Part shown: positions 39,774-53,336 of the stretch, piece after piece | How the letters are laid out: every line of letters begins with the position of its first letter | Position numbering within the stretch: the first letter of the stretch is position 1 | The notes under the pieces: model-generated | Databases searched by the model: none | What the model was told of the DNA's origin: nothing | What the model saw: the letters and a program-made list of their open reading frames with translations, nothing else | Source: Syncephalis fuscata S228 | Lineage: Eukaryota > Fungi > Zoopagomycota | Reading direction: 5' to 3' | Assembly: GCA_025786725.1 (NCBI GenBank) | Contig: JAHLTZ010000008.1 | Location: forward strand, 62,001-126,000 | Length of the DNA stretch: 64,000 bases | Made by a program: the position numbers and the translations under genes

Positions 39774-41236
39774 ATGTCTACCTCGCGTTCTCTACATAAA
39801 GCATTGGTGTTTCTGACGCCATTTCGTCACTCTATTCCTCAGTGTCCAAATAGAGTTGTAGGTAATTTAGTGCGTCATATCGCTATACGACTAGAACAGC
39901 GCCTATCTATTCAACTACCACGCAAGCTATTTGGCCTACAAATCACCTGCTACCAATTGATGTTAGAGGCGTGAGATAGTTGAAATAGGACAATGGTCAC
40001 TGTAGAGGATAGAAAGCTGCGTAAAAGTGTTAAGAAACACGGTATAAACTGGCAACAAGTGGCAAAAGATATTAAAGGACGCTCACACGAACAATGTGCC
40101 GCTCGTTGGCTATTACTTGATCGTAAAACATTAGAAATTAAAGAAGATCATCAACAAAGCAATATAGCAAATACAGATTTAATTTCATCTAATCGTACAG
40201 AAACAACCAATTTATTACCAAAGATTCGTATAGTACGTAGACAAGCCAATCGATATTGGTCATCACAAGAAGAAGCAATATTACATGATACAGTTGCCGA
40301 ATGTGGTACTAATTGGCTTACGGTGGCTAAACATTTACCAGGTCGTTCGCCCAATTCATGTCGTAGTCGATGGTACTCCTCGGTGGATAGTGACAATAAA
40401 CGAGGTCGATGGACACCAGAAGAAGATGACACGTTACGAAAGGCAATATCCAAGTGTCCGCAAGGAGCCTGGACAAGAGTTGCTAGTTACGTACAGGCCG
40501 TACTAGTCAACAATGCCGTACACGATGGAATGAACACTTGAATAGCCACCGTCATGCCAAAACACCTACAATTACTAAAGCAGCTACGATGACGCGTAAA
40601 GGTCGATGGAGTGAAAGGGAAAAGCAACGATTAAATGAATTGGTGTCAAAGTATGGATTTCTATGGACTGCTATTGCTTATCAATTAAAGACGCGTACCG
40701 CAACACAGTGCCGCGATCAATGGCGTTCCACTTTAATGCCCGGTATTAAATTGGGCCACTGGACGGAGGAAGAGGATGCGCTGTTGCGTCAAGGTGTTAA
40801 AAAGTATAAACGGCGTTGGAAACTTGTAGCCGCTATGGTGCCGGGTAGAACGGCTAGACAGTGCTGTGCCCGATGGGATGCCTCTATTGATCCACGTTAC
40901 GCTCACTCTTCATGGACACTGGTTGAAGATGAACAATTAATGGCCGCCGTCATTAGTACACCAGGTGATCCGGAGCATATTGGATTTGATTGGCATGCGT
41001 GTGCCCATCATTTAAATCATCAACGCAATGCTCGACAATGTCGTGAACGCTATCGACGACTTGTACTTCTCGGCAAGACTGATTTAATTAGTGAGACTGA
41101 ATCACTTACCCATCGATTATATCAGTCATTTTTATCGGAACGCTATTTAGGTCATGCATCTAATGATGTACAGACAGTAGCACCAAACGATAACGATAAT
41201 GAAACAGAAACTGATTTATTTAGCATAAATACATGA
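39774..41236 (+). CDS. Multi-repeat Myb/SANT protein (about 6 repeats), split by apparent frameshifts
   Basis: Repeated W(T/S)xEEDxxL...W..VA...PGR(T/S)xxQCR.RW motifs across the ORFs 39993-40541 and 40538-41236. Confidence 0.85.
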
Positions 41237-41401
41237 CATTATACAACAGCCAATGAAATACTAATTATGTATAATAAATAACTTGTTTTTTACATTTATT
41301 ATATTGTGCAATGATTTAAACGACAGTTTATTAAAGTAAAAGGAAAGAAAGAAAGAAAGGAAAACGGAAAGAAAGCAATAATCATTTTACTAGTCTCTTA
41401 T

Positions 41402-44400
41402 TTATAGATTATATACTACGATGATAAGGCGTCCTTGAACATAGTAATCGGGATTCATCATAGGATCATACTTTTTTTCTACACGAGGTATTGGTCTTGG
41501 TCTGTAAGGTGAAAGACTTTCACTGTAATACTGGAATCGTCTCTTGGGTGTCCAGTTTTTTGGTTCATTAAATGGCGACTCCAAAGATAACGTCTCTTGA
41601 CTAACGTTAATAATGAGTATTTAATATACATATATACACAATACATATATAATGGTAAGAGTCAATAAGTAGAATAGAATATAGTATATAATCACCTTAC
41701 TCGACTAGCCAAACTGGCTATGCCTCCAATAACCTCAACTACATCATCACTATCGTTGGCTCTTAAATGTACACCCACATAGCATCTCTTAGTATCATTA
41801 ATATAGCCTTCAACCAGCGGATCTACAGTTTGCATGAATTGTTTAGGCGTGGCTAGATCAATAATGACCACCTGTGATAATACATCATTATCATCGGGAC
41901 TAGCTCTAACTGTTTTAGGCAGTTCAGTATTTTCGTAGACTTGATAAGCAAGATAACAATTTTCCATAGCCATTTCATCTAAAGTAAGATACTTTTTATC
42001 GTCAAGCGTCTCTTCCACAGGCAATTCGTGGCTTCTATAGTTATTCTGTCCACTTAATTGTTCCTCTGGTGGTATAATATTGGCCGGTTTCTCTTCTGGG
42101 TGTTTATCATTACGGCATGACTTTTTGGTACGTAATAATGATCGGGCCGCATAGGCTGGATGGTCAAGTGTGTGGGAGGTAATACGATATACGTAGATTT
42201 CAACTACTTGTAAGTCACAGTCCACTTCAGGTTCTTCTAATTCAAATCGGAAACAAGCGGCAAATCCTTCACCAGGATGAGTGGCAATGGGTGTTATGTC
42301 AGCCACATAGACACTTTGTTCTTGGGGTAGATTGATGCGTCTAATACCTTCGCCTATACATTGACCACCCAATACTAGTACAGATGATGACACAATCTTG
42401 ACATCCGCATGTGAATTAATAAACTTGAAGCGTAATTTGTCTATTAAGTAAACCACCATTAGTACTGTTAATATACCTATTTATAATCACTTACTAGATT
42501 TAGTCTTCATGACTGTATTGGCTGGCATCGCTTGTGATCGAGTGGTGGAAATGACTGTGCTAGCAATATTGGGTCCACCAAAGTTCAAAAAGTGCTTAAT
42601 GCCTATTTGACCACTACGCACTAATGGTAGATTGTACTCGAATAAACCACCAGGTAGAGCAATAAGATCAACTCTAACAACATCGAGGAAGCGTGCCACA
42701 GCTGCGCCGTCGTCCAATTTATTTGGATTATCCATAAAGCCGTAAACGACCGAAGTACCGGCTCGGCCCATCAAACAACTATTGACGACATATTGACGGT
42801 GTTGACTAACTGGACTTGTAGACTTTAATTCCTCGACGGCATAAACGGAACGATAGGTTCTATTGGACTTTAATCTTAATTCAAAGATATCATATCGTTT
42901 TGGTTCCATCACTTGTTGGTCACCTGGCGTTGAGAGAATACACGTTTACCAAGAATGGTGTTTCATAGATGCGCCGCAACTGCATAACAGAATGTTCATC
43001 GTGTTCTACAAGTTGTAGCACATCTTCTTCCTCCCAGATCATATAGCGAGGAATAATACTATTAATCTTTAATAATGCTTGGTAATTCTCCCAGCTATTA
43101 ATAAACAAGTTAGTATTCAGCATGGTCAACAATCTATAGTAGCTTACTAGAAACCAGAGGCTGGTGCATATAGCATATAGCCTGTATATACATCTTTGAA
43201 TTTAGATTCTAGCGGGGGTCCAGGCATATTGATGAATATATCCAAGACAGCCGGTTCCAAATAACCTGGCCTTTAATAGCAAAATAAAATATTAATAAAA
43301 ATACTATTATTAATAGATAATTACTTACTCGCCAGCATGGGCGCACCAACAGGTGGCATAGGCCGTTTCTCTTCTGTATCAGCTGGTGTAGATGTACTCG
43401 CTTCATTGCTATCATCAGTATTGTTGTTGTTGTTGTTAGGCACAATAGGCACGACATTTGTTTGGACACCGGCTTCTAAATCGGTGTATTTCTTGGCCGC
43501 ACTCATATGTCTACCGTACATTAGACCATTTGGATGTTCACGCATATGCTCATCCCGTCCCGTAATCTTGGCCACGAGATTAAACGATACGTCATCGGTA
43601 GTGGATACGTCCATTCTTGTACTTGACCGGCCAATACAAAGTTGCCAGTCGTATCAAAGAATTGCTTTTGACTAAAGCCACGGGCTGGAAAGCCTGGACT
43701 GGCGGCCTTTAATACCATAGCAGCCACTTTATAGCGATGATCACCTTCTTGTTCATGCTTTTGTTCAAGGGATGGTACCGGTTTATTTGGATTCACCTGC
43801 CAGGAAACAACGAGATAGTATCGATCCGATCGTTTTTTCTCTACTTTGTTGACTACATCTACCGTAGTCATTACTTCATATACAATATTACCACGGGATT
43901 TACAGTCTAGCGTTGATAGGAAATAGCCAGTACCTGGCTTGTCCATCGATACGCTTTCGGTTAAATCGTCGCCAACCATGCCGGTAACGACAAAATGACT
44001 CGCTTTACGCAGTGTAACATTTGGATGATTGACAAATAGATTGACAAATAAACTGTCTTCTGGATCACACACAATGTATGGCGGTGGATGAAGTCGATCT
44101 TCAAACGAACTTTGCTTCTGAAGTCGGCGATGAACATCCGCTCTATAAATACAATGCTATATTAACACTTATTCATACTAAATAGCCAATTCACTTACCG
44201 AGGTGCTACGAAAAAGTGCGGTTCATGATAGCACACCTTCTCACTCTCTAGCAATGGCTCCATCGAAATAATAAGTCTACTACGACTGCCTTGAGCAATA
44301 GTAGCTCTAACGATAAATGTTTCATTTTCAATGGCACCACCATGAAAGATAGGACAGTTATGCGGCATAAGCCGATGTCTAAAGTTCCAGTCATACGCCT

Positions 44401-44785
44401 TTTTCAGCGGTCCTTTATGCCGTACTAAATCGATGTTGGGTTCACATTCGGCCAAAGTCATAAAATGCTTTACTTCATTGTCGCCAATTGGCACATAAAA
44501 GGCAAATACGGCGTAGACAGGTGTTTCGGGCTGTACATCACCTTTGCCAACAATGCCTAATGCAAATACACCTTGACATGACACGGTGCCGTTGGCCGAT
44601 CCAAAACTAAAGCTAGTGTGACGGTTATCGTGAAAGACGAGTGGTTCAGCGATATTTGTCGGCTCATTCGACTCCATATGATACGCGATGTCTTTAAAGC
44701 GAAATAGCGGGTGACTACACGTTACGCGCACGTCCATCACTGGGACGGTAGGCCCGTCAGCAACCTTTTCATCTTCAACGGTCAT
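41402..44785 (-). CDS. Large multi-exon protein of unknown function with apparent tandem beta-sandwich domains
   Basis: Consecutive minus-strand ORFs joined by canonical introns; no signal peptide; recurring beta-strand-rich pattern. Confidence 0.65.
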
Positions 44786-45046
44786 GATGGTATAGTGGAA
44801 CAGATAGTATAGATAGTATAGATAGGATAGCTGTCAAATAAGAAAACAGTTAAAAGACACACAAATAGATACAATAAGGGAAAAGCGACCGTAAAAATAA
44901 AAATGAGCGTTGCTTCTAGTTAATAATAGCTGTATATCAACTGACACCTGTATTATTGGTGACGCAACGCAAAGGCCTCGTAAAAGACAATGAAAATGTG
45001 TTACAAATAATACTAATTTGGAAATGTTACAGCGTAAAATGTTTAT

Positions 45047-48000
45047 TCATTTTTTCAAACACCATTGTTGAAGCAAATCATAAAGTGTATGTTTTGCTAC
45101 AGGTTTGGTTAAATAGTCATCAATACCTATTCAATGTATTCAATGTATTCAATGTATTCAATTCATATGATTAGTTAGTGTAAAGTGTCTATTATTAATT
45201 ACTATTACTTACCATTCTCAAAACACCGCTCACGTATTCGGTCACCGCTCATGCCCGTCAAGGCAATAATAGGAACACGTGGTCTGCCTCCTAAACGTTC
45301 TCTTTGACGTATTTTTGCTGCTGATTGAAACCCATCCATACCTTTAATCAATTAGTTAATAAATATTGTTATTAATATGTATATATATATTTATATATTT
45401 ACCGGGTAACTAGTGAATAAGTAATAAAATATATAGTCATTAAATAAGCAATCAACTAATTATAGTACATTAACTTACTTGATAGTCCATAAATATTAAA
45501 TTATAGTTTTTCTCTAATGCCAGGTTATAAGCTAATAGATATCAATAGTTATGAGTATTATAATAGTAATTAATAACATTATTAAATCACTTACCGTCTT
45601 CTCCATTAGTTGCATGTTCTGTTTGATAACCAAGTCCTTCAATCATACGGCACATTAACTAAAGTATTATATTATATTATATTATATTATATATGTGTAT
45701 ATATTGGTTAATAAACGGTTATAATATTTTTATAATATACTTGCTTTAGCGTTTAATGGATTATCCTCGACTACTAGAATAGTTTGTAAGTCTCTTTTTT
45801 CATTTTGTTGTAATGATTGATTAATTAAATTGGCCTCTTCACTATTAGTTTTTAGTCGTTTTCCTCGTCGATGTTGTCGTTGTTGTTGTTCATTGTCATT
45901 ACTATCTTTATTGCTATTGTTATCCTTTATATCAGATACAACATCTTGCATAGGTGTAGTATCATGATAGGAAATAGATTGCACATCATCAATTATATGG
46001 CTACTATTACTATTACTGCCACTGGCATGCACATAATTAGAAGAATAATGTGCCACTGGTACAGGTGCTATAGGCATTTGTATTTGATCAATAGACTTGC
46101 TACTACTGCAATTACCATCACTATTGTTGTCGTCGTCATAACTATCACTGAATAAACGTTTATGCTCTTTCTTTTTAGATATTCGTGTCTCTTGTAACTG
46201 TCGGTGTAATTGAACAATTCTTATCCAGTTTAATAGTTGTTTAGTAATGTCATGTTGTCTAACAGGCTTTACTATTTCCATAGTTGTCCATTCTGTATTT
46301 GTTAATACATCAATATTAAATATAGGATGGTCGCTTTGGTTAGAACCAATAGGCAGTAGAAATAGACTACAACCATAACTGTCAACATCAATATTGGGTC
46401 GACTTGTTAAAGCATAGTGATCTTGTCCAGTAGTAAACATTTTTCTTTGAACTGTTGCAGTAATATTAGTAGACTGTGACGCCGACGATTGAGCAAATAT
46501 ATCTAAAGATGAAGATAAAGATGATGGTGCTGATGATGGTGTAGTTATTGTAGATCCTGTAGGTGCTTCTTTGTAGTCGCTTGGTACAAACCATATGACA
46601 TGTTCTGCTAGTTTAGTATGTACTTCTTTTGAACTCTTGCCAAAACATTCACATAATATCTGTTCAGTGGTTAGATCGGATATAACAATATTACAAACAT
46701 AAAGATGTAATTGATCTTCAAATGGTAAAATCTGTTCTTTAGGTGGCACTATAAAGACATGAATATCGGCAAATTTCCATCCTCTTAACTGTTCCTTAAT
46801 CATTTCGGCCACTTCAGTATGTTTAACCACTATACCGACTAGTTCATCTTCTAATTGAGTAAATGGATACATGCCATGACTATGATGCATAAGAGCGGAT
46901 GCTGGCCTCTCTAATCTCATAGGCGATGCAATAGTGGGTGTAGTTACTGGTATAACGCCAGTAGAGGATACAAATGGCGACACTACACTGCCATCGTCAA
47001 TACGTTCAAGTTCAGCCACATTAACGGTGAATTTAAAGGTGGATCCTTTGTTAGGCACTGAACTGTCCAGCCATACATCACCGCCCATATTAAGGGCCAA
47101 TTCCTTACAGATAGCCAGTCCTAATCCTAGATTATATCAGTACATTAATATACCGATATATCAAATTAAGATTTAATTACTATTTACTTACCACTACCAC
47201 TTGTACGATGGTGACTATCACTTAATTGCATAAATCGTCGAAATAGTAATGGTTGTGCCTCAGATGGAATGCCTAATCCATGATCTTCAACAGAGAATTC
47301 GAGAATGATCGGTTTACCAACACAATATTGAGATGACTCAAATGGTCGTTGTTGTGTTGTATTGCTCTTAAATACTTGTGAACCTGCTCTATTGGTTTCA
47401 TTGGATGTCTGATCGTGATAATCACCCATAACTGTATCGGAATGAATGGCTGATTTGGCTACTACTACGCGTATTACAATAAGACTATGCTTAGGAGAGA
47501 ACTTGATAATAGTTAATATAAATACACTATTCTATTTATGTATCACTAGATAGCTTACCTTGATGGAGTTTGATATAAGATTACCAAGAATTTGCCTAAC
47601 TCGAAAATCATCGGTTAAAATTACATCTGGACAATCAATAGCCACTAAAGGTACCAATTCTAATGACTTTTGACGGGCCATTGGCGATAATAGACCTAAC
47701 AGATATCAATAGATTATAGATATTTGTTTAAATGTTTAAATTACTTACGAAGTGTTTCATCAATAATACCACGAGCTGAACAATTAACTAGTTGGAAATC
47801 CATGGTATTTGATTGGACTTTTGATAGATCAAGTATTTGATTCACTAGACGTAATAACATTTCTCCACCATTACGAATATCTTGACAGTGTTCTCTTTGA
47901 ATGGAGGTTAGCTCCGTTTCTTTTAATAAATCAACAAAACCTAGTACGCCGTTTAAAGGAGTACGCTAAATATTAAATATTAAATATTAATATTAATATA

Positions 48001-50336
48001 TATATATATGTGTAGATATCTACTTATGACTTACCAATTCATGAACTACATTACTATTGTAGTATTAATTGATCAATTGTAAGTAGTTATATTGTATCAA
48101 TAAGTATGCAATTACCTGAAAAGCATCGTTTTTTCCGCAAATTCTATTTCTTTTTGTTGGGCTGCTTCTGCCTCTTTGTTTTGTATAATGACCTGATTAC
48201 TATTGTATTGTTGTGCCTGTAAACTTAATGCCTCTCCTATATGTGCACCCAATACTTCTAATAAAGCAATATCTGCACTGGTAAAGGCCCGTGCGTATGA
48301 ACATTGATGAACACCAATAAGACCATTATATTCACTGGCTATTGATAGTAATATTAATATTAATAACTTACACTATTGTTAATACTGTTATTAATTAACT
48401 TACCGGGATTTTTGGTTCTTATATTCATGGATGACTATAGTTGTTGTGTTATTTGTATAATTACTGATTATATAATAGAAATACTTACTCGAATATGAAA
48501 CTGATGAAGAAAGTCTATAATATGCAGAAATTTAGGATCGTGTAACGAATCGTTCGATATAAGACTATTAGGTGATCTTGGCCCGTAGGTATAGGCCTCT
48601 GTCTTCATTGGAGTTCTCTTTACAGGTATATAGGTTGTCATATCAAATTCTTGATTCAGTGTAATTGGTATACTATCATTACTTCGATATTCAGCCACCA
48701 CTCTAGATAATTGGTTATTAGCTGTATAATAGCTATTCAATATAAATTACTTTGTAATATAGCCAAGTGGATGTTGTTCACTACTATCTGGCTGACTAAA
48801 ATGAATGATCATACAACGATCTGCTTTGAAAGCACGACAAATAGTCTTGGCTGTCGCTGCTATTATCTATCATATCATATCATATCATACCATATAATGC
48901 AATTAAATATTAATAATCAATATACACATAACAACTTACTTGCTCCGGCTCCATATGACTATTGATAGCTTTAAACATACGGTTGACAATAAGTGCTCGA
49001 GCTACTTCATTCTTGGCATGTATTTCATGTCGATACCGTTCTATAATGTGGGCAGCACAGCTGGCAGCATATTGTAGACAATAGGATCCGCTGTTAGTCA
49101 TCATTGATTCACCTATATAGTAGCTTCTAGGCGAGTTGGTCTGTGACATAGTCGGTGTATCCATAGATGAGACCGTTGATACAGATGCGTTATTATAGGC
49201 CCCACTCATAGAAGATCCATTTCGACCACCCAATAGCGATAGCAGTGTATGAGCACTATGCCGATAAACAAAAAACTGAGGCCTCGTATTAGGCGATGCA
49301 GTAGCGGGCAAAGGCGATGCCGTATTTAATATACGCGATATGCTAGTAGGGGATAGTTTGGTTTTTAAGCAAAGGGCGGCAAATGGTTGCCCATTACGAG
49401 AAAATGGAATGCAAAGTGTAGCCGTTTGTGTAGTAACGTGCAGATACTCTATCAATGTCGGTTCAGCTGAAGTGACAAATTGATAAACCTTTAAAAAGGA
49501 TTGAATCAAATCAGCTCGACGTAGTGGTGTATCTGAAGTGCCGCCATAAATTTGTATAATACGAATGCCTTCTTTGGCTGGATTGGCCAGTCCAAATTCC
49601 TCTGAATCATCGTTGGCAGTCCCTTCAGCCTCCATCTCTTCAGTTACAATATTGGTACCTGGTATCTTGTCCTTCCCTTCTCCTCCTACTCCTCCTGCTT
49701 CGGCTATCGACTCTGTAGTATCTGTGGTAAATTGTGAAAAGGCAGGCCTGTCCGACGGGCCTCCATCCGATGCACCATCTAAATATAGTCCCAATCCAGC
49801 AATTGCCTCTGCATCGGCGTTGGGGTCGGGTGTATCGACAGATGTAAGCATTTGATCTGCTATACTCGTCAGTGACAGTAAACCTGAATCCCAGTAAACT
49901 ACCCAGCCTGCATCATATTGAAATAGTTGGTGAAGTGCTTTAAGCATAAATGTACTCTATCTTCCAGACTCGTATGAACAGCTACAATAGCACCATTTAA
50001 CGATTCGTAAAATTGCGCCAATATTTGTGCTGTGGTGGCTTTTCCCGTATATCATTGCCAATAGTTGAAATATCTTTGAATAAAGAAAGCGGCGTTATAT
50101 ATCGTGATGCAGCTGGAGACGATTGTCTCTGTCATAAGTTAATTGGTAGCAACATCGATATTAAAGTTAATTGTAACGCGTTAAATATAGCTACTTACAG
50201 TAGGCAGACGGACCGTTCGCGTCCCTCCACTTATTAATTGCGGTTGCGGTATACTGAGCGTATCAGTAATTGAAGAAGTAGCAGTAGCGGTGCCGCTATT
50301 GTTGCATGTTGGCCTGACTTGGTTCGAAGAGGCCAT
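45047..50336 (-). CDS. Hybrid histidine kinase (GAF-HisKA-HATPase-REC), many exons
   Basis: H-box NVVHEL|RTPLNGVLGF, N-box RQILGNLISNSIK, G1 VEDHGLGIP, G2 GSG|LGLAICKEL, REC ILVVEDNPLN...IFMDYQ|LP|GMDG...YLTKPV. Confidence 0.93.
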
Positions 50337-51279
50337 GAGACGGCGATAGAAGCAAGATTACAATAACAATAAATACTAAATACCCAGTCAAGTTAATTCC
50401 AAACTCCGTTAATAAAGAACGTTGTAGCTTAAAAGGCAATTTATACTCAATGACTAAACAAAGTCCACTCGGTCTTTCTTATAACTTTCTTTTACCCAAT
50501 AGTTTATTTATACTTACCAGTTTATCAATAGTGCCTAAATCAAGCAGGAAACGATAAGAAATAGGCGAAGTAGAACAGTAGAATAATAAATAATATTTGC
50601 TCACATTAATCTTGAAGTAACAACAATACTGTCGGTCACAGGAAAGACAAAACAAAGGCGATTTTATGTGCGTGGTGTGCATGTGTGTGTGTGTGCACTT
50701 CTGTATACACGTGAATGGATATGTGTGTACACTAGAAATGTGAGTGGTGTATTAACAATGTGTAACACTGAATTTAGTATATTTAAACTTATCTAAACTA
50801 TTGACCAAGAAATAAAATCTGGTTATTATAAAATTGATAATGTAATAATATTGATTATTAAATGTATTTATTTTACTAAATACTTTTTTCAAACTACCAA
50901 ATGTTATAATCATTCAGTAGCTTATTTATTATATTAATGGCTATACAGGATATAGTTGATGTATAGAATTGACTGAATACGCAGTTTAATCAATTATCAA
51001 TTTGAATCGATGAAATGCATAAGCACAAAGACTCGATACACTTTATAAACTAATGCTTAGACAAAACTACATTTAAACAACTGACTACATAAAATAAGTA
51101 TTATGGCATTTAAATGGGAACGTTGTAATGACTGATGAAAGCAGTATCTTGAATACAACGTGACTCATGATGTATTTAGTGTGATGATATATAACCAATA
51201 ATACAAAACATCTGACTCCTTTTAATTATTTTATTTTAGTGATTTTCTTTAGTTACACTTGATATTTTGCTATTTGACT

Positions 51280-52977
51280 ATGTCTAAACGGACACCCGCC
51301 ACCACCACCACTACAGTATTGGTATTGGCAGCTAATACTGCTCCTTCACCTACTACGGGCAAGGAAAAGATATCACCACCCTTGTTATTGTCGATATTTA
51401 ATGCACCATCGACATTTACTACAGGTCTGCTGCCAGGGCACTCAACAGATATCGATCCATCTATGGCTGACAATATGAAGCAAGAAAAGGATAATATCGA
51501 CTCAGATACTAAAACTGCAAACAACCAGCATCAACAACTAGATAATCTAGGCACTGGATTGGGCAAGCCTCGATGTGCAGCATGTGGCAATCTTGTTTTT
51601 ACAGATAGTCAGGAACAACGAGCACATTTTAAGCTGCCCTTTCACATTGAGAATGTACGAAGACGACTGCATCAGATAGGCAGGCCATTAACAGCTAAAG
51701 AATATGAATTCTGGTTAACCGGTAAGTATGGCTATTCACTACAAAGCAATAATAAATGGTATACTGATAGATAGATGAAATAGGTTACTGGGTTGAGTCT
51801 GATGGTGATACACAATATGAGACATGTAGTGAAGATAACTCGACATCATCGACGGAAGAAGAAGAAGAAGAAGAAGAAAATGAGGAAGAGGAGAACGAGG
51901 AAGAGAAGGATGAAGAAGCAGAGCAGAAGATGGTTTAAGTAGTGATTTAGAGGCGTCATCAATAAATAAGCACAAAGTATTAACAAATCAAGGCACACCA
52001 ATGTTCTGGATGCAACATGATGATTATCCAAACCATCGTATTGGTATCTATAAACAAGTAGCACTACCGCAACGGCTATTACGCTATTATGATCGACGAC
52101 AACAACAGGAACAACAAGAACAACAAGAGACGGTCAATATAACAGATCAAGTATTAAAATGGCTAAAAACTGCTCGTAAAGCACCACCACCACCAACAAT
52201 ACCAGGAACAAAAGCAGCAGTAGCAACAGCAATAAAAGCAACAAAAACAACAAAAACAAAAGCAGTAGCAACAACAACAGTAACAACAACAGCTATCAAT
52301 AACAATTATTGGACTTTAATTCTATTTGTAGCTGGTCATTTTGCCGGTGTTGTATTTGATACTTGCACAGAAAAAATAGTTGCTCATAAAACATTCCACA
52401 AGTACATGGGTAATAGACTATAGCAAAAAAGTCATTGACACTATTAACTAACGAGTATTATTATTTATAGTAAGGAAAAAACGAGGATTTGCTCAAGCAA
52501 CCCATGATAAAAAGACGGGAGGTAAAGCAAGTTCTGCCGGTGCCTCACTGCGTCGTGATAATCAACGTACTTTAGAACTCGTAAGTCTCTATTATTATAT
52601 TTTACAGCACACTTATGTTATAGCAATGATAGTCGGTTGGAGAGTTATTAGTAACATGGCGTCCTTTAATAGACGCTAGTGAACGTATCTTTATTCGAAG
52701 TAGCGCCTATCATTTATCTACTTTATTCTCAGTGGACAGTCCAATAAAACGTGGTAAGTAACTTGTATATATATATATATTAATTTATTGAATTAACTAA
52801 ATAATCAAATAGATGACGATCGGGTGCGTAAAATACCATTTGAAACAAAACGACCAGTAAGTCATTTATAGCATTCAGATGATACCTATCGGCTAATGAT
52901 GGCTGTAGGGCTATAATGAAGCTTGTCACGCCATTGATAGGCTTGGTCGGTTCTATATAGAGCCTACATCTACCTAG
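51280..52977 (+). CDS. Vms1/ANKZF1-like protein: C2H2 zinc finger + VLRF1 domain, no ankyrin/VIM tail visible
   Basis: CAACGNLVFTDSQEQRAHFKLPFHIENVRR; AGHFAGVVFD...HKTFHKY|VRKKRGFAQATHD...SSAGASLRRDN; DDRVRKIPFETKRP. Confidence 0.85.
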
Positions 52978-53336
52978 TGCAATTGATATGTACGTCTATA
53001 GAGTAGTTGCTACATTTATATTTTTTTTGTTACATCTACCATCATATAGTTTGCGTTATTATATCTTGCGAGTTCTTTTACAATAGTGTAATATTAATAT
53101 TATTGTTAATTATTATGACTATGACTAAATATCAAAATGATTACCTTAAAATCATTTAAATGCTATAGATAAACGTATATCGTCTACTAAAAGGCTATTA
53201 CATAACTACCAAATAAACCATTGTTTCTGGTAACCATTTAATTAATGAATTTTATTAATTTTATTTATTTATTGACTGATTAATATAGCTATTGATTATA
53301 CTATTACTGTCGTACTGCTATTAATAAAACAATACG

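Noticed and set aside
45126-45163. 9-bp tandem repeat (ATTCAATGT)n
   Set aside because: Short intronic minisatellite with no spacers; not CRISPR-like.
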